DNA of 54,902 nt, from assembly GCA_002305615.1 (NCBI GenBank), contig DBPU01000026.1, positions 40,660 to 95,561 on the forward strand. Direction: 5' to 3'. This stretch comes from Verrucomicrobia bacterium UBA1412. Its GTDB lineage: Bacteria; Verrucomicrobiota; Verrucomicrobiia; Limisphaerales; UBA1412. Shown here piece by piece: positions 48,401-54,668 of the stretch. The position numbers and the translations under genes are program-made. How positions within the stretch are numbered: position 1 is the stretch's first letter; every line of letters begins with the position of its first letter. The notes below the pieces were generated by a model. It did no database searches, was not told where the DNA came from, and saw only the letters and a program-made list of their open reading frames with translations.

Positions 48401-49140
48401 GTCGCTATACCGAAAGTCCGGTTGATTAAATCCGTCAGTACCGGCCCCGACGCACTCAGGATATTGAACGTGCGCATCTGACGTTCCATCGGAGGGGCTA
48501 CGTCTGCCAGCATCAATAGCTTTTCTATCCGCTCAATATTCTCAATCCGGTCGGTCACGATAATCCCTTTGCCACGGCCGGCAGGGAAAACCGAACCCGC
48601 ATTGGAAAGCATCGTTGTTGTCGATTGAGCGATTTCATTCGGATCCAGATTCTTGAAATTCAACGCCACCGTTACGATTTCACCGGGGCGTACATCTCCC
48701 TTTTCTTCCAGATTCCTCAAGACTTTGACCGGAGTCTGCCGAAGCTTGGACAGCGGAAGCAGTCTCAAATAACGGTCTTGCTCAACCAGCATGGCATCCT
48801 TCATCGAAAGAATCAGGTTCAACGTATCCAGCGCCTCAGTATAGCCGTAAGGCTCAGGATCCGAGAACTTCATCGTCCCATCCAACGAAACGTCTACCAA
48901 TAAAGGCTTATTCACCATCTGAGCAAATCGCTCAATGACGGTCATGTAAGGAATTCCGTCAAACTGGAAGCGAATATTTTTGGCTTCCTGATTTGTCGTC
49001 GGCTCTGGAGCCGTCGGTGCATTCACGGGGGCGTTCGTGCCCCCTGCATTGGGTTGAGCCGTCTGCGCTTTAGCGTAAACCAGGCTGGCTACCATGCAGC
49101 CCAGCAGCGCCGAAAGTCTTATTGCTTTTCTAATTGTCAT
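39457..49140 (-). CDS. Giant secretin (GspD/PilQ superfamily), 3227 aa: signal peptide, N0, about 33 N-domain modules, secretin core, 75-aa tail
   Basis: Signal peptide ..LVYA|KAQ and an N0-like domain at aa 55-130. Repeated modules end in the motifs VDERSNSLVLNG, ADARSNSLIIGG, PDPRSNSLLVAA, AADERSNVLLVTG, PDARSNSLIVSA and IDLRTNTVLVGG. The C-terminal secretin core (aa ~2919-3152) has VLSSPQILTADNVEANINIGERVPIV, GVILTVTPSISPDGTVKMTVEPEVS, VPWIGNIPLLGALFRNK and LLIVLTPQVI. Confidence 0.9.
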   Translation of the reverse strand: MTIRKAIRLSALLGCMVASLVYAKAQTAQPNAGGTNAPVNAPTAPEPTTNQEAKNIRFQFDGIPYMTVIERFAQMVNKPLLVDVSLDGTMKFSDPEPYGYTEALDTLNLILSMKDAMLVEQDRYLRLLPLSKLRQTPVKVLRNLEEKGDVRPGEIVTVALNFKNLDPNEIAQSTTTMLSNAGSVFPAGRGKGIIVTDRIENIERIEKLLMLADVAPPMERQMRTFNILSASGPVLTDLINRTFGIATAPVKSQYNKEKNSYIPLPPSPEDYVTAVWDEASRTMVIFGPTERVDLAEQLINRFENKEGLSPTDVRIFYPIEMTPAELSNVIFQTVSGVAGPRENPDTAVTKARLVVDEKLGRLIVTTPVAGQMETIEKVIKKVDPASMGAGIAPASTVSDMKIIYPKHLSPSELSDMLRQSVSGIAAPGERVSNKARLVVDAKQGRLLVITADPEQLALIERVIAQLDTEGDKSTAVTLDTKIFYPRRMTPEELSTMLRQMVNGIAAANENDPQKAKLVVDPKFDRLMVISSNAALLKEIEAAIEKVDGFSTADTDSTQKGTPDQASLEKNETSVVRLQYAVALEIGGLIEKTFNDRRFGLRVLVDERSNSLVLNGKAGVLQAVRDVIKDLDVQSSSVSSRQIRFLDIQGDPYQIANLTTQVLAEQMRNDVAGSTPQERRRLQQMQRMDVPRIIPEPNTGRLIICGSDEELEKIKAIVEEIDLKSGGSLGVKVFRLRGNYPYELSSVLNRYLNTYREKRKGGPNPSVFVDGHNNSLVVCGTISDIEQASALIEQIDLNQDREPRIVKVFSAQYSDPYELMNRLKMIYNDQLKSKPEAGAPDAVFIPDYSANSITVAASESHMKLLEELLELLLGESAAANGEFRQFLLKGSSPSMVQSALQMIFNRETRSRGMRPWVYPDWNENKIFVYGRPADIAKAEQIIAELDGAATDNPREMKIFNVKTPDMWSFTEQVQQLYRDQMGAAPGKGAGDAKFFPDYTGRLVVSASQNQMQIIEKVIEALNQDVQIESSLRVFKLKRADARNIYPLVQHVTLYRGGVRTRGVAPTVNLDIQRNAIVVYGRPTDITQVEMIINELDSSEMEQAREMKTYRVTSRNVNDQINRVRTFYTDQIKAKPELGIADAIFLPDNEFGRMMVAASRDQLALIDEIVNKLDDKATLPDMQLKLLQPTNASNQEIAAALNFVVRARRMQRPGMAPWISADTRTGGIFVFGMLEDIEYAEQLVKEFDSAGQGLERVVCTYDVQYANMYQFANNVKNLYQDQLKGNSGLGAADAYIFGDDYSGKLIVGVRKDQKEMMDGVVKTLQEKSDAAEPTVRMFTLKSARPSQLVPVLNTVIYSRTSRSTVSTRATADDLNNRIIVSGSAGEADRLGKLIEQLDVPQVRDARVLRMFDIDTWDVWGYSERLQELYRDQIKGLTEAGPPDAIILPDDFSGRLIVAANEKQMPLIESIMQTLLTELPERQMELRTYKLENIYTSEAMRTINTLMQGHGSSRRGISWAWSRSSNQDSLTMSPDEKNNSIVVMGSPSKLSMLEKILKVVDQKPEKPDREVRFYTLVNADALDVELRLDGLFNDPGRPEQMIFESDFIANTLTVVAREKDFQEIEEMIEKMDNIARDLTEVVRLIPVTNMSAEQMAKVLENIYPQISPSMLEIVEKLPPRTAEKTGTATGYKAPKATEEEVAPQVSTVSQAEESEPMKVTLAVDSNANTLIVSGPSFEVDRIRSIVSQLQSSFSQGDSEIRLFRLNEADPVMLARTLNQLFSTAPISVDAESRFGARGEGRNGRQQQQQQQGQQQGQQQGQPQQPPQQQQGQPGLPPVPRAIIVPETRTRSVIVRAKPADFVALESLIKQLDAEGIDSLLEYKMVILKNANPTQMLQIVNRVLNQLDVVRPGDPVAVSADERTRSLFLIARDAVMEKLVQIISELDMDTGTAEMEVKVYPLKYVSGTQMGVLLQNLFGAEAGMRRGPGRPGTQTEMVQRLSLKDEEGKDIILDLSKPIKIITDPSPAGLNRLIVGVSQSNKVALDEVIRQLDRELPSDMSGVRIIALKNSDANSLSMSLQRLINERVRQRGQADEVRTVILADARSNSLIIGGSNANMALIENLAQELDSRDSALFNNIRQIELKHATAQRLSSTLSALFQRRSSGGGWGGGRGGGVANQAVILPDPRSNSLLVAASDEDNKLLDELLAKLDKPMENPNLEPEVIILEQNDATRLAATIRSVFAARLQAISQPGVQPDPQDRVNVEADTLSNSLIVTANSDNLKTVHDLVKKLDQEPIAEGLVETLVLKYADAQRVSTMLRTLIQQGVYRPGSSVQGRRGGGSQRDAFAITSDIPSNTLIISASPENMALAKELISEIDTEENRNASDIQTYALKHARAGTIITTLDTFFRNKSNAESRAGIRERAMPITIAADERSNVLLVTGGKEDLDLLGKMLVELDVKDANSRILFNIYPLKNSTASKMQMTLQRLFQNRPAQSRGVPSDPITIVADAWSNALVIGSSPDDESMVQSLITQLDQPETDTVKVQVFPMKNADARRVATTVQALLRGQQGGGGFGAGVGPTVNADERINAIIVSAGENDIKRLQELVEKLDTTQVARVNEIRIFSLTYARATELSSILNSVLNTNPQNLTQTSVARQSLLQFITRTQEGKDIVSSALREGILITPDARSNSLIVSAPVDYMEFLVSLVKSMDQASPQEAKIQIFSLKNADARQMATVLTALFRLQATTGAASQRSVEYTLVKPMSDALSEQMGIEPTEAAGGSDGKSAVVGSAEQYALTVTIDLRTNTVLVGGTEHYVSLASEIIQTLDSHPAQERKAKVYRLRNSRAADMETALRTFLQQDLNRTISILGQSGAGAAQTILDREVSIVAETVSNSLLISSSPRYFTEVEALIEELDQPLPQVLIQVVLAEVTLDSKTELGVEWKYMDAAGGTPFSLGTDLGVADALEKFGGFSAAVTGSKVNFLMRALQEDGRLEVLSSPQILTADNVEANINIGERVPIVTDTRFSDYGNQTSTYEYENVGVILTVTPSISPDGTVKMTVEPEVSQLTSDTVEVSKDVKIPIISQRTARTTVSVQSGQSVLIGGLISTTDDSRSKKVPWIGNIPLLGALFRNKAYEVDRKELLIVLTPQVIMSSSQTGTNIMDVMDMTRKGFQDSILQTGMKRDPLQEKVLKGILPEGLEMNEDAEGSDKKTKRSVNHTKELLIDP
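43648..43740 (-). repeat. In-frame Gln/Gly/Pro low-complexity tract (CAG/CAA-rich) within a secretin N-module loop
   Basis: Encodes RQQQQQQQGQQQGQQQGQPQQPPQQQQGQPG (aa 1801-1831). The plus strand reads ..ctgctgctgttgttgttgctg... Confidence 0.9.
44467..46728 (-). repeat. Five consecutive ~150-aa (450-nt) two-module super-repeats inside the secretin (aa 805-1558)
   Basis: Type-A modules start at aa 805, 955, 1105, 1256 and 1406. Their YxDQ motif (IYNDQLK, LYRDQMG, FYTDQIK, LYQDQLK, LYRDQIK) falls at aa 826, 976, 1126, 1277 and 1427, and a DA-x-F/I-x-PD motif follows. They alternate with type-B modules (..RPWVYPD..IFVYGRPADI.., ..VVYGRPTDI.., ..APWISAD..IFVFGMLEDI..). Confidence 0.75.
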
Positions 49141-50170
49141 TGTTTTTTAAATCTTCTTTCTGTTTAAGGTCTAAGGGGAGTTGCTCTTCGTTCATCTGAT
49201 GCAGCTGAGCCAGCGTGCATCCCTGTTCCAAAGCCCAATATCCCGAGGTGTTCTTCAAAATTACTCTACTTTCCGAATCCAGAATGGAATCGGGCATAGG
49301 CATGGAGCGATAATCTACTGCCATAATTGTCCATCCCTCAATGGTGTCGCCGGGCTGATAAACCGCAACGGAACCGGATTCCACGTTTTTGAGGTGTATT
49401 TCGGCCTTTCCGGCCCACTCGGAAAGTGAAATCACTTTAAAAATTTCCGGACGAAAAGCCGGAGGAGTACTGTTTTCCGCAACAGCAGTCTCTCCCGGAG
49501 AAGAAACATTTTCAGGCCGTTTCACATAGGGACGGAATAAATCTCTGACCACGATTCCTTCATAAAGCTGCCTCTCCGGAGTCCCCAGCTCCGCCACGGC
49601 AACCTCCGTCATCGTATTCGTACCCAGGTTCGCCGGCGGGGGCTCCAAGACCAAAGTCAGATAGCGAAAACCTATCTTAACGACACCCGGCTGACTCGAT
49701 GCCGAAAGTCTGACTCCGTCCAGTTTGTGCAAAGCTTCTGCACTCTGTAAAAGGTAAAGTAAATCCACGACTTTTGTGAGCGGTCCCTCTCCTTGTACGG
49801 TCCAACCGACTTCACGCGCCAGGCCGCGCCCGACTCGAGTCGGGCCTACAGGGGAACGAGTGAACTGCCGCGGATTTAATCCCACTTGCTCTATCAATTT
49901 GTTCAGCAGTTCGCCCAGCACTCCGTTGGCCTGATCCGTGTGAGTGTGAATCATCTTTTGCGCAGCAGCCTGGACTTCCTTCTCAGCTATCTTGTATTGA
50001 TCCTGTTCTTTCTTGAGTTTCCCGAGTTTTACCTGAAGTTGAGTCTTCTGACTTCTCAAGTCTTTAGCCGGTTTTACGATAGCCCCCTGTATCAAAAGAA
50101 CGACAACAATAACCGCAACAAAGGAGAGAACTACAATTGCCAATATCTTTTCGCGACCTCTTATCTGCAT
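49130..50170 (-). CDS. Inner-membrane platform protein: PilO/GspM-like N-terminal half fused to a PilP/GspC-HR-like C-terminal domain
   Basis: 346 aa. The TM segment ILAIVVLSFVAVIVVVLLI is followed by a coiled coil and a ferredoxin-like block (WTVQGEGPLTKVVDLLYLLQS..LDGVRLS..GFRYLTLVL). A VRDLFRPY motif and the beta-domain KAEIHLKNVESGSVAVYQPGDTIEGWTIMAVDY resemble PilP. Its stop overlaps the secretin start by 11 nt. Confidence 0.6.
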   Translation of the reverse strand: MQIRGREKILAIVVLSFVAVIVVVLLIQGAIVKPAKDLRSQKTQLQVKLGKLKKEQDQYKIAEKEVQAAAQKMIHTHTDQANGVLGELLNKLIEQVGLNPRQFTRSPVGPTRVGRGLAREVGWTVQGEGPLTKVVDLLYLLQSAEALHKLDGVRLSASSQPGVVKIGFRYLTLVLEPPPANLGTNTMTEVAVAELGTPERQLYEGIVVRDLFRPYVKRPENVSSPGETAVAENSTPPAFRPEIFKVISLSEWAGKAEIHLKNVESGSVAVYQPGDTIEGWTIMAVDYRSMPMPDSILDSESRVILKNTSGYWALEQGCTLAQLHQMNEEQLPLDLKQKEDLKNNDN

Positions 50171-50172
50171 AA

Positions 50173-51939
50173 CTATCGGCCTCCTCTACCGGCTTGTTGT
50201 TGAGCACGCGCAGGGTTCCTGCGTTGCTGCTGTTGTTGTGGCGATTGAGCCTCAGCTGCCTGTGCCGCCTTTTGATTCATCTCCCGCCGCTGCTGTGCAT
50301 TCAACAAGGAAATATCATCCTGCGGCCGCTCCGGTGCCACACCCAGTGTTTCCAGATCCGGCTTGGCTCCGGGAGAGAGCAATAGCTCCATGCTCGTCTG
50401 GAATCCATATCCGCTTCTGCCACTGACCGGCGTAATTGCCGGAGTTTTCAGCCTATAGCCCGCTTCCCGCAATTGGGCATCAAGCTTTGCAATGATATCA
50501 CTTCGAGTAGCCCGGACTGACAAAACAATATTACTACGGGCTCCCGTCGAAAAACTGGCCACATACAGCTCTTGAGACTCGGGCAGTAATGTACTCAGAA
50601 CGGCCAAGTGGTCCAGCCAGTGCAACTCTCCGCTTTGCCATGCCCTCAACGAAAGAGCCTGAATTATGTTTTGCCTCCAGAGATTTTGGTTTTTTGAGAG
50701 ACTGTTGAACTCTTCTTGAACCACGGCAAGCTCAGCCGTCCGGGTTTTAAGAACATGAGAGCGAATTATGAAAAACGAGCCAAATAACATCAATACAACG
50801 ACAACCGCCAGCACAGCCTGACGGGTCTTGCCGGTATTGGGCATTGTAGGCTTTTTAGGATTCAAAAAGTCGATGGATAAATGATCTTTCTCCAAAATTC
50901 CTGCAGCCAGCCCGACCATCGAAGTAAGAGAAAGAGTATCGAGATTCTCCTTATTTTTCAGCTGCAAAAGCTCTGCAGGGTTGAACTCCTCAACTCCGAT
51001 GCCGGCTGTCTGAGTTCGGGCCCTGAGCGAATCTAATACCTGGGCCGTTTCTGCCCCCATGTTCATCACATAAATCTTGCTGATCTGCCCCTGTAAATCC
51101 TCCTGCTCATAAGAGTGCAGACACCGTACCGTCTCTGTCGTTATCTGCTCTATTCGCTCTTCCTCCTGTTTTTTATCCTTCTGATTGGGTGCCGATTCTT
51201 TCAAAGAGGCTTCACGGCTGAATACCAGATTCTCTCCCTTGACCACATCCAAAATAACCGTATCCTCCGTCACAGAAAGGAGCATCAAGGTTTCAGTAAA
51301 ATCTTTCGGGACTACGCCGCAATAGTGCAAGCTCTCTGCCCTGCCGTCCGATTGAAAGCCCAACGCAATCAGCTTCAAACCGGCCGCTTTGCAAATCTCC
51401 CTGTAGCGGTTCACCACCATGACCGGAACCACTGCCACAGTAATCTGCAGCTGCTTTTCGGGCTTCTTTTCAGCTTCCGATGCTTCAGGAGAATCCAGAG
51501 CTTTCGGCTGTTCTTTGGCGATCTGAATTGAAAAATCTATAACCGCATCCTCTGAGCGAAAGGGCAAATCACGGGCAATCTGGAAGTGAACCATGGAAGC
51601 AGCCTCTCCCTCATTTTCCACAAAGGGAATCATCATCTGCCTCAGCATCACCTCTGAGCGAGGAACCCCAAAAGCCACACCCCCGGGGTGGAATTTCAAC
51701 TCCTTAAGCTTCTTGCCCAGTATCTCTCCGAGCTCTTTGTCTTTCGCCATGGGAGGCACTTCCAGCCTTGCCTCTTCATAGCGCGATATCCTCATACCGG
51801 AGCCGCGCTTGGCCGCATAAAGCAATCTAAGCTCTTCCCCCGCCAAGTCTAAAACCGCCACTGAGGTGGGCGCTTTTTTCATATTCAAAAGCTCCCTCAC
51901 CTTCTTCTCCAGATTTTTTATATTAAATTTTTCTGCCAC
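50173..51939 (-). CDS. PilM-like cytoplasmic actin-fold domain fused through one TM to a PilN-like periplasmic domain (GspL-equivalent)
   Basis: 588 aa. The PilM-like part has VAVLDLAGEELRLLYAAK..GVAFGVPRSEVMLRQMMIPF..VHFQIARDLPFRSEDAVIDFSI. The TM segment is AVLAVVVVLMLFGSFFII. The PilN-like part has a coiled coil plus WLDHLAVLSTLLPESQELYVASFS. The tail is Gln-rich (SPQQQQQRRNPARAQQQAGRGGR). Confidence 0.65.
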   Translation of the reverse strand: MAEKFNIKNLEKKVRELLNMKKAPTSVAVLDLAGEELRLLYAAKRGSGMRISRYEEARLEVPPMAKDKELGEILGKKLKELKFHPGGVAFGVPRSEVMLRQMMIPFVENEGEAASMVHFQIARDLPFRSEDAVIDFSIQIAKEQPKALDSPEASEAEKKPEKQLQITVAVVPVMVVNRYREICKAAGLKLIALGFQSDGRAESLHYCGVVPKDFTETLMLLSVTEDTVILDVVKGENLVFSREASLKESAPNQKDKKQEEERIEQITTETVRCLHSYEQEDLQGQISKIYVMNMGAETAQVLDSLRARTQTAGIGVEEFNPAELLQLKNKENLDTLSLTSMVGLAAGILEKDHLSIDFLNPKKPTMPNTGKTRQAVLAVVVVLMLFGSFFIIRSHVLKTRTAELAVVQEEFNSLSKNQNLWRQNIIQALSLRAWQSGELHWLDHLAVLSTLLPESQELYVASFSTGARSNIVLSVRATRSDIIAKLDAQLREAGYRLKTPAITPVSGRSGYGFQTSMELLLSPGAKPDLETLGVAPERPQDDISLLNAQQRREMNQKAAQAAEAQSPQQQQQRRNPARAQQQAGRGGR

Positions 51940-51951
51940 GCCTCGTTCTCC

Positions 51952-53418
51952 CTAGATTGCTGCTGAACTGGTCCCACTAATCCCGTTAACTCCGTTATCG
52001 ATTTTAAAAGGCATTCCCAAACGCGTCAAATCCCGCATCATCAAAATCCGGGGTGTCTTCCCGGCTATATCGACAATTACTTCCAATATCCTGTACCTCC
52101 CCGAAGGGATTGAATACCCCATTACATAAAAATGATACTGCCAGGAACGGGTCGTGATATAAGGATAAACGGCTTGAAACTTTTCAAGGCTCAAAACGCC
52201 CTGATTCAAAAGCCATGCAGGAGTATTGAGCTGATCTGCCAATAGTCCTTCCCGTGCGGAGATAATCGCCTCTGCTTCGCTCTCTTCCATTCCCGGCAAA
52301 ACCATCAGCACCTCCTTTGAGGCCGTATTCACGTTGATTAAAGCCGGAAGGTAAGCTTCGTCTATCGTAGTACACGAATCAAAAACCTTTTCCATCTCGT
52401 CGTCTGACAGTTCCACCCGATAATCCTTTTCATTGCCCTCTTCATCTTTCAATTTCTCACTGGAATTGAGCAATACAGTCAGACTCTCGATCTTTTTATT
52501 GTTCCTCTGCATGGCTTCTATAAAAGAAAGGGTCTCCATGGACAACCCCAGAGACGCCAGCTCCGCATTGGTGCTGTTGATATTGAGCCGCGGCTCTCCC
52601 AAGCTATCCCGATTCAGATCATAAGATGCTGTGGTCAAAAAATGTCTCAGTCCCATGCCTAAAGGCCCCGAACCTACACCTTCCTGAAAAATCTCCCCCA
52701 CATCCTGGGTACCGCTGTCGCTCTTCAGATTCATATCCAAATCCTTTCCATAAAGAGCTTTCAAATTATATCCTTCCCGGGCCACAAAAGCATCCAAAAA
52801 CTCATACGTCGGAGCCTCTGAGCTACCTTTCTGAACAGGCACTTCAGCTTTACCCTCTTCCGGCTGACTGGGAGAGGCTCCTTCCTGGCTTTCACCGGAG
52901 GTCGGAGCCATTTCATCTACTTCTTCTTCCGGAAGGGACACATCAAAATCGTTTTCTTCAGCGGAGGATGTTTTATCCTTCAGCGCAGCCAGAAGCTCTG
53001 AATCTTCAATGGATTCCTTCAGAGCATCGGGCAAATACTTTAAATTCAATTTTCTGGCCTCATCCGTTAACCCATACGCTATAGCGCTTTCACTATCTTC
53101 AGAGCCACTCCAGTCATACACGGTGAAATACCATTTTTCCTGCCCATCCTCCACTACAAATTGATCTTTGAATTCATCAGGATTATCTCTCCATTCTGCC
53201 AAGCCGGTTTCTGCAGCAAGTGCCACCTGAATAGCCTTATAAACACCGCTGAGCGCGACAGCCCACGCCTGTTCACCCTCCTGGCCTGCGCTTGACGCAG
53301 TCTCTGCAGATTTCATCGCATAGAGCAAACTCACAGCAACCATTGAGCTCAGCAGAATAACCACCAAAACCGCATACAACACAAACCCGGGACAAACCGT
53401 TTTCCTGTAAACTCTCAT
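51952..53418 (-). CDS. gspK: GspK-like minor pseudopilin with an acidic insertion
   Basis: The N-terminus ..CPG|FVLYAVLVVILLSSMVAV has no Glu at +5, as in GspK. It also has the helix-hairpin-helix block INVNTASKEVLMVLPGMEESEAEAIISAR and the C-terminal WQYHFYVMGYSIPSGRYRILEVIVDI. ATGA overlap with the upstream gene. Confidence 0.65.
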   Translation of the reverse strand: MRVYRKTVCPGFVLYAVLVVILLSSMVAVSLLYAMKSAETASSAGQEGEQAWAVALSGVYKAIQVALAAETGLAEWRDNPDEFKDQFVVEDGQEKWYFTVYDWSGSEDSESAIAYGLTDEARKLNLKYLPDALKESIEDSELLAALKDKTSSAEENDFDVSLPEEEVDEMAPTSGESQEGASPSQPEEGKAEVPVQKGSSEAPTYEFLDAFVAREGYNLKALYGKDLDMNLKSDSGTQDVGEIFQEGVGSGPLGMGLRHFLTTASYDLNRDSLGEPRLNINSTNAELASLGLSMETLSFIEAMQRNNKKIESLTVLLNSSEKLKDEEGNEKDYRVELSDDEMEKVFDSCTTIDEAYLPALINVNTASKEVLMVLPGMEESEAEAIISAREGLLADQLNTPAWLLNQGVLSLEKFQAVYPYITTRSWQYHFYVMGYSIPSGRYRILEVIVDIAGKTPRILMMRDLTRLGMPFKIDNGVNGISGTSSAAI

Positions 53419-54659
53419 CGTCCCCTCCTTGGGCTGACTGTTCCAGCCCCGGTGGCTCCGGCATCCAGCCCGCCACTCAACGATACACCAGAAGCGCCCC
53501 CTGGAGACGCACTCTGTTTTCGCGCATTGGGCAAAAATATGATCCTTTGAAAAACAACCACGTTGGTATCCAGCCCGCTGCTGATATCTTCTATCTGCTC
53601 CAGGCCCAAATCCTCATAAGGCGTGGTCTCTTGAATATCATCGGCAAATCCATTCGTTTCTGAACCGGCAGATTCTGACTCCGAAAATGCCTGCTCAAAA
53701 ACCTTGGACTCTTCTTCGGCTTCCCGGTCAGCCTTGGCTTCTTCTGTCTCGGGGTCTTCCGCAGCCATCCGGATTTCAATACCCAGGGGCAATTCCTTTG
53801 CGTTCCAACTGCTAACCCACTGTGTTCCATCGTAATAACGGAGATTAAAGTAGCCTATCCCGCGGGCGAACACATTGCTGATTACGATCTTCTTTTCCTG
53901 AGGAGCCCCTTCATCAATCAACCCTTCCATCGCCATGAAACCGTTGCTCTGTTGCAGCCCAGCATCCTCGCCCCAGAACGCATCGCCTGCAAAGAGAACT
54001 TCTGCATTCGTACCTTGAGGAGTAGACTCTTCATCTTCCAAATTCTCCGAGAGCAAATTCGTCGCACTAAGACCGGAATTCAAGTTCCCCAAAAGATTCG
54101 TTTCCATCTCCGAGGTTTCTCCACTCACAACGTTTGTATCGCCTTCATCCTCCTGCCCAGCAGTAAGATTTGTCTCTGTTTGCCCCAGCAAAATCGGCTC
54201 TTCTATGCGCTCCAGAACAGAAAGACCTCCCGCCGGATCCGGAGAAATTCGATAAAAAGTTTTTTTGAAAGTCGGCTGCATCCGAATGGACGCCATTTCT
54301 CCACTTTCATTCGTGAGCAGGCTTCCCCTGACCGGCGGATCCAGCCGGATAAATTCAATCGAAGAGGCGCTTCCTTTCACCCCTGCAAGGAGATCACTAC
54401 CCGGCACAGCGCAACGCAACTCAGAACTGAGCCGGTCCATAACCAGCCGCACGGCCGTTATCCGGTCCATCTCCTCAAGAGCATCCTTCCTGAGCCGTGT
54501 AGACTGCTCATAAAAATAGAGAGCCACAACCATGATGCCGATGGCGATCGTCACAGCTAAAACGACTTCAAGCAACGTAAAGCCCAGCCGGCCCCTTCGC
54601 ACTTGTTGCGAGTTGCTCTCCGGGATCAAATTGCTTTCCATTCTATCAACCATCGCCAT
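53415..54659 (-). CDS. GspJ-like minor pseudopilin, enlarged (414 aa) by acidic low-complexity insertions
   Basis: Prepilin-type N-terminus RRGRLG|FTLLEVVLAVTIAIGIMVVALYFY with Glu at +5. The GspJ-like block is GIGYFNLRYYDGTQWVSSWNAKELPLGIEIRM. Two Asp/Glu/Ser/Thr-rich insertions are present. Confidence 0.6.
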   Translation of the reverse strand: MAMVDRMESNLIPESNSQQVRRGRLGFTLLEVVLAVTIAIGIMVVALYFYEQSTRLRKDALEEMDRITAVRLVMDRLSSELRCAVPGSDLLAGVKGSASSIEFIRLDPPVRGSLLTNESGEMASIRMQPTFKKTFYRISPDPAGGLSVLERIEEPILLGQTETNLTAGQEDEGDTNVVSGETSEMETNLLGNLNSGLSATNLLSENLEDEESTPQGTNAEVLFAGDAFWGEDAGLQQSNGFMAMEGLIDEGAPQEKKIVISNVFARGIGYFNLRYYDGTQWVSSWNAKELPLGIEIRMAAEDPETEEAKADREAEEESKVFEQAFSESESAGSETNGFADDIQETTPYEDLGLEQIEDISSGLDTNVVVFQRIIFLPNARKQSASPGGASGVSLSGGLDAGATGAGTVSPRRGR

Positions 54660-54668
54660 ACTGCCCCC

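Larger units (their letters stand above)
40393..48684 (-). repeat. Protein-level tandem array of about 33 secretin N1/N2/N3-type modules (aa ~153-2916)
   Basis: Hand count of modules. Each opens with x(K/R)(V/I)(F/Y)xL and closes with ..(L/I)(I/V)xxLD, and they are 60-110 aa long. The copies are diverged at the DNA level, so this is not a recent amplification. Confidence 0.7.

Noticed and set aside
39457-49140. Alternative readings of the giant ORF: an adhesin or RHS-type repeat protein, a T3SS, Tad or phage pIV secretin, or a fusion created by mis-assembly
   Set aside because: The C-terminus is a canonical secretin core and the repeats carry the secretin N-domain motif, not adhesin repeats. 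The neighbours are pseudopilins and PilMNOP-like proteins, not T3SS, Tad or phage genes. The repeats are diverged at the DNA level and the frame is uninterrupted, which makes a collapsed or expanded assembly unlikely, although read mapping should confirm this.
53952-54560. 202-aa plus-strand ORF opposite the GspJ-like gene
   Set aside because: It has an Arg/Ser/Ile-rich composition typical of the reverse frame of an acidic coding region. The minus-strand frame carries the prepilin motif and the GspJ-like block.
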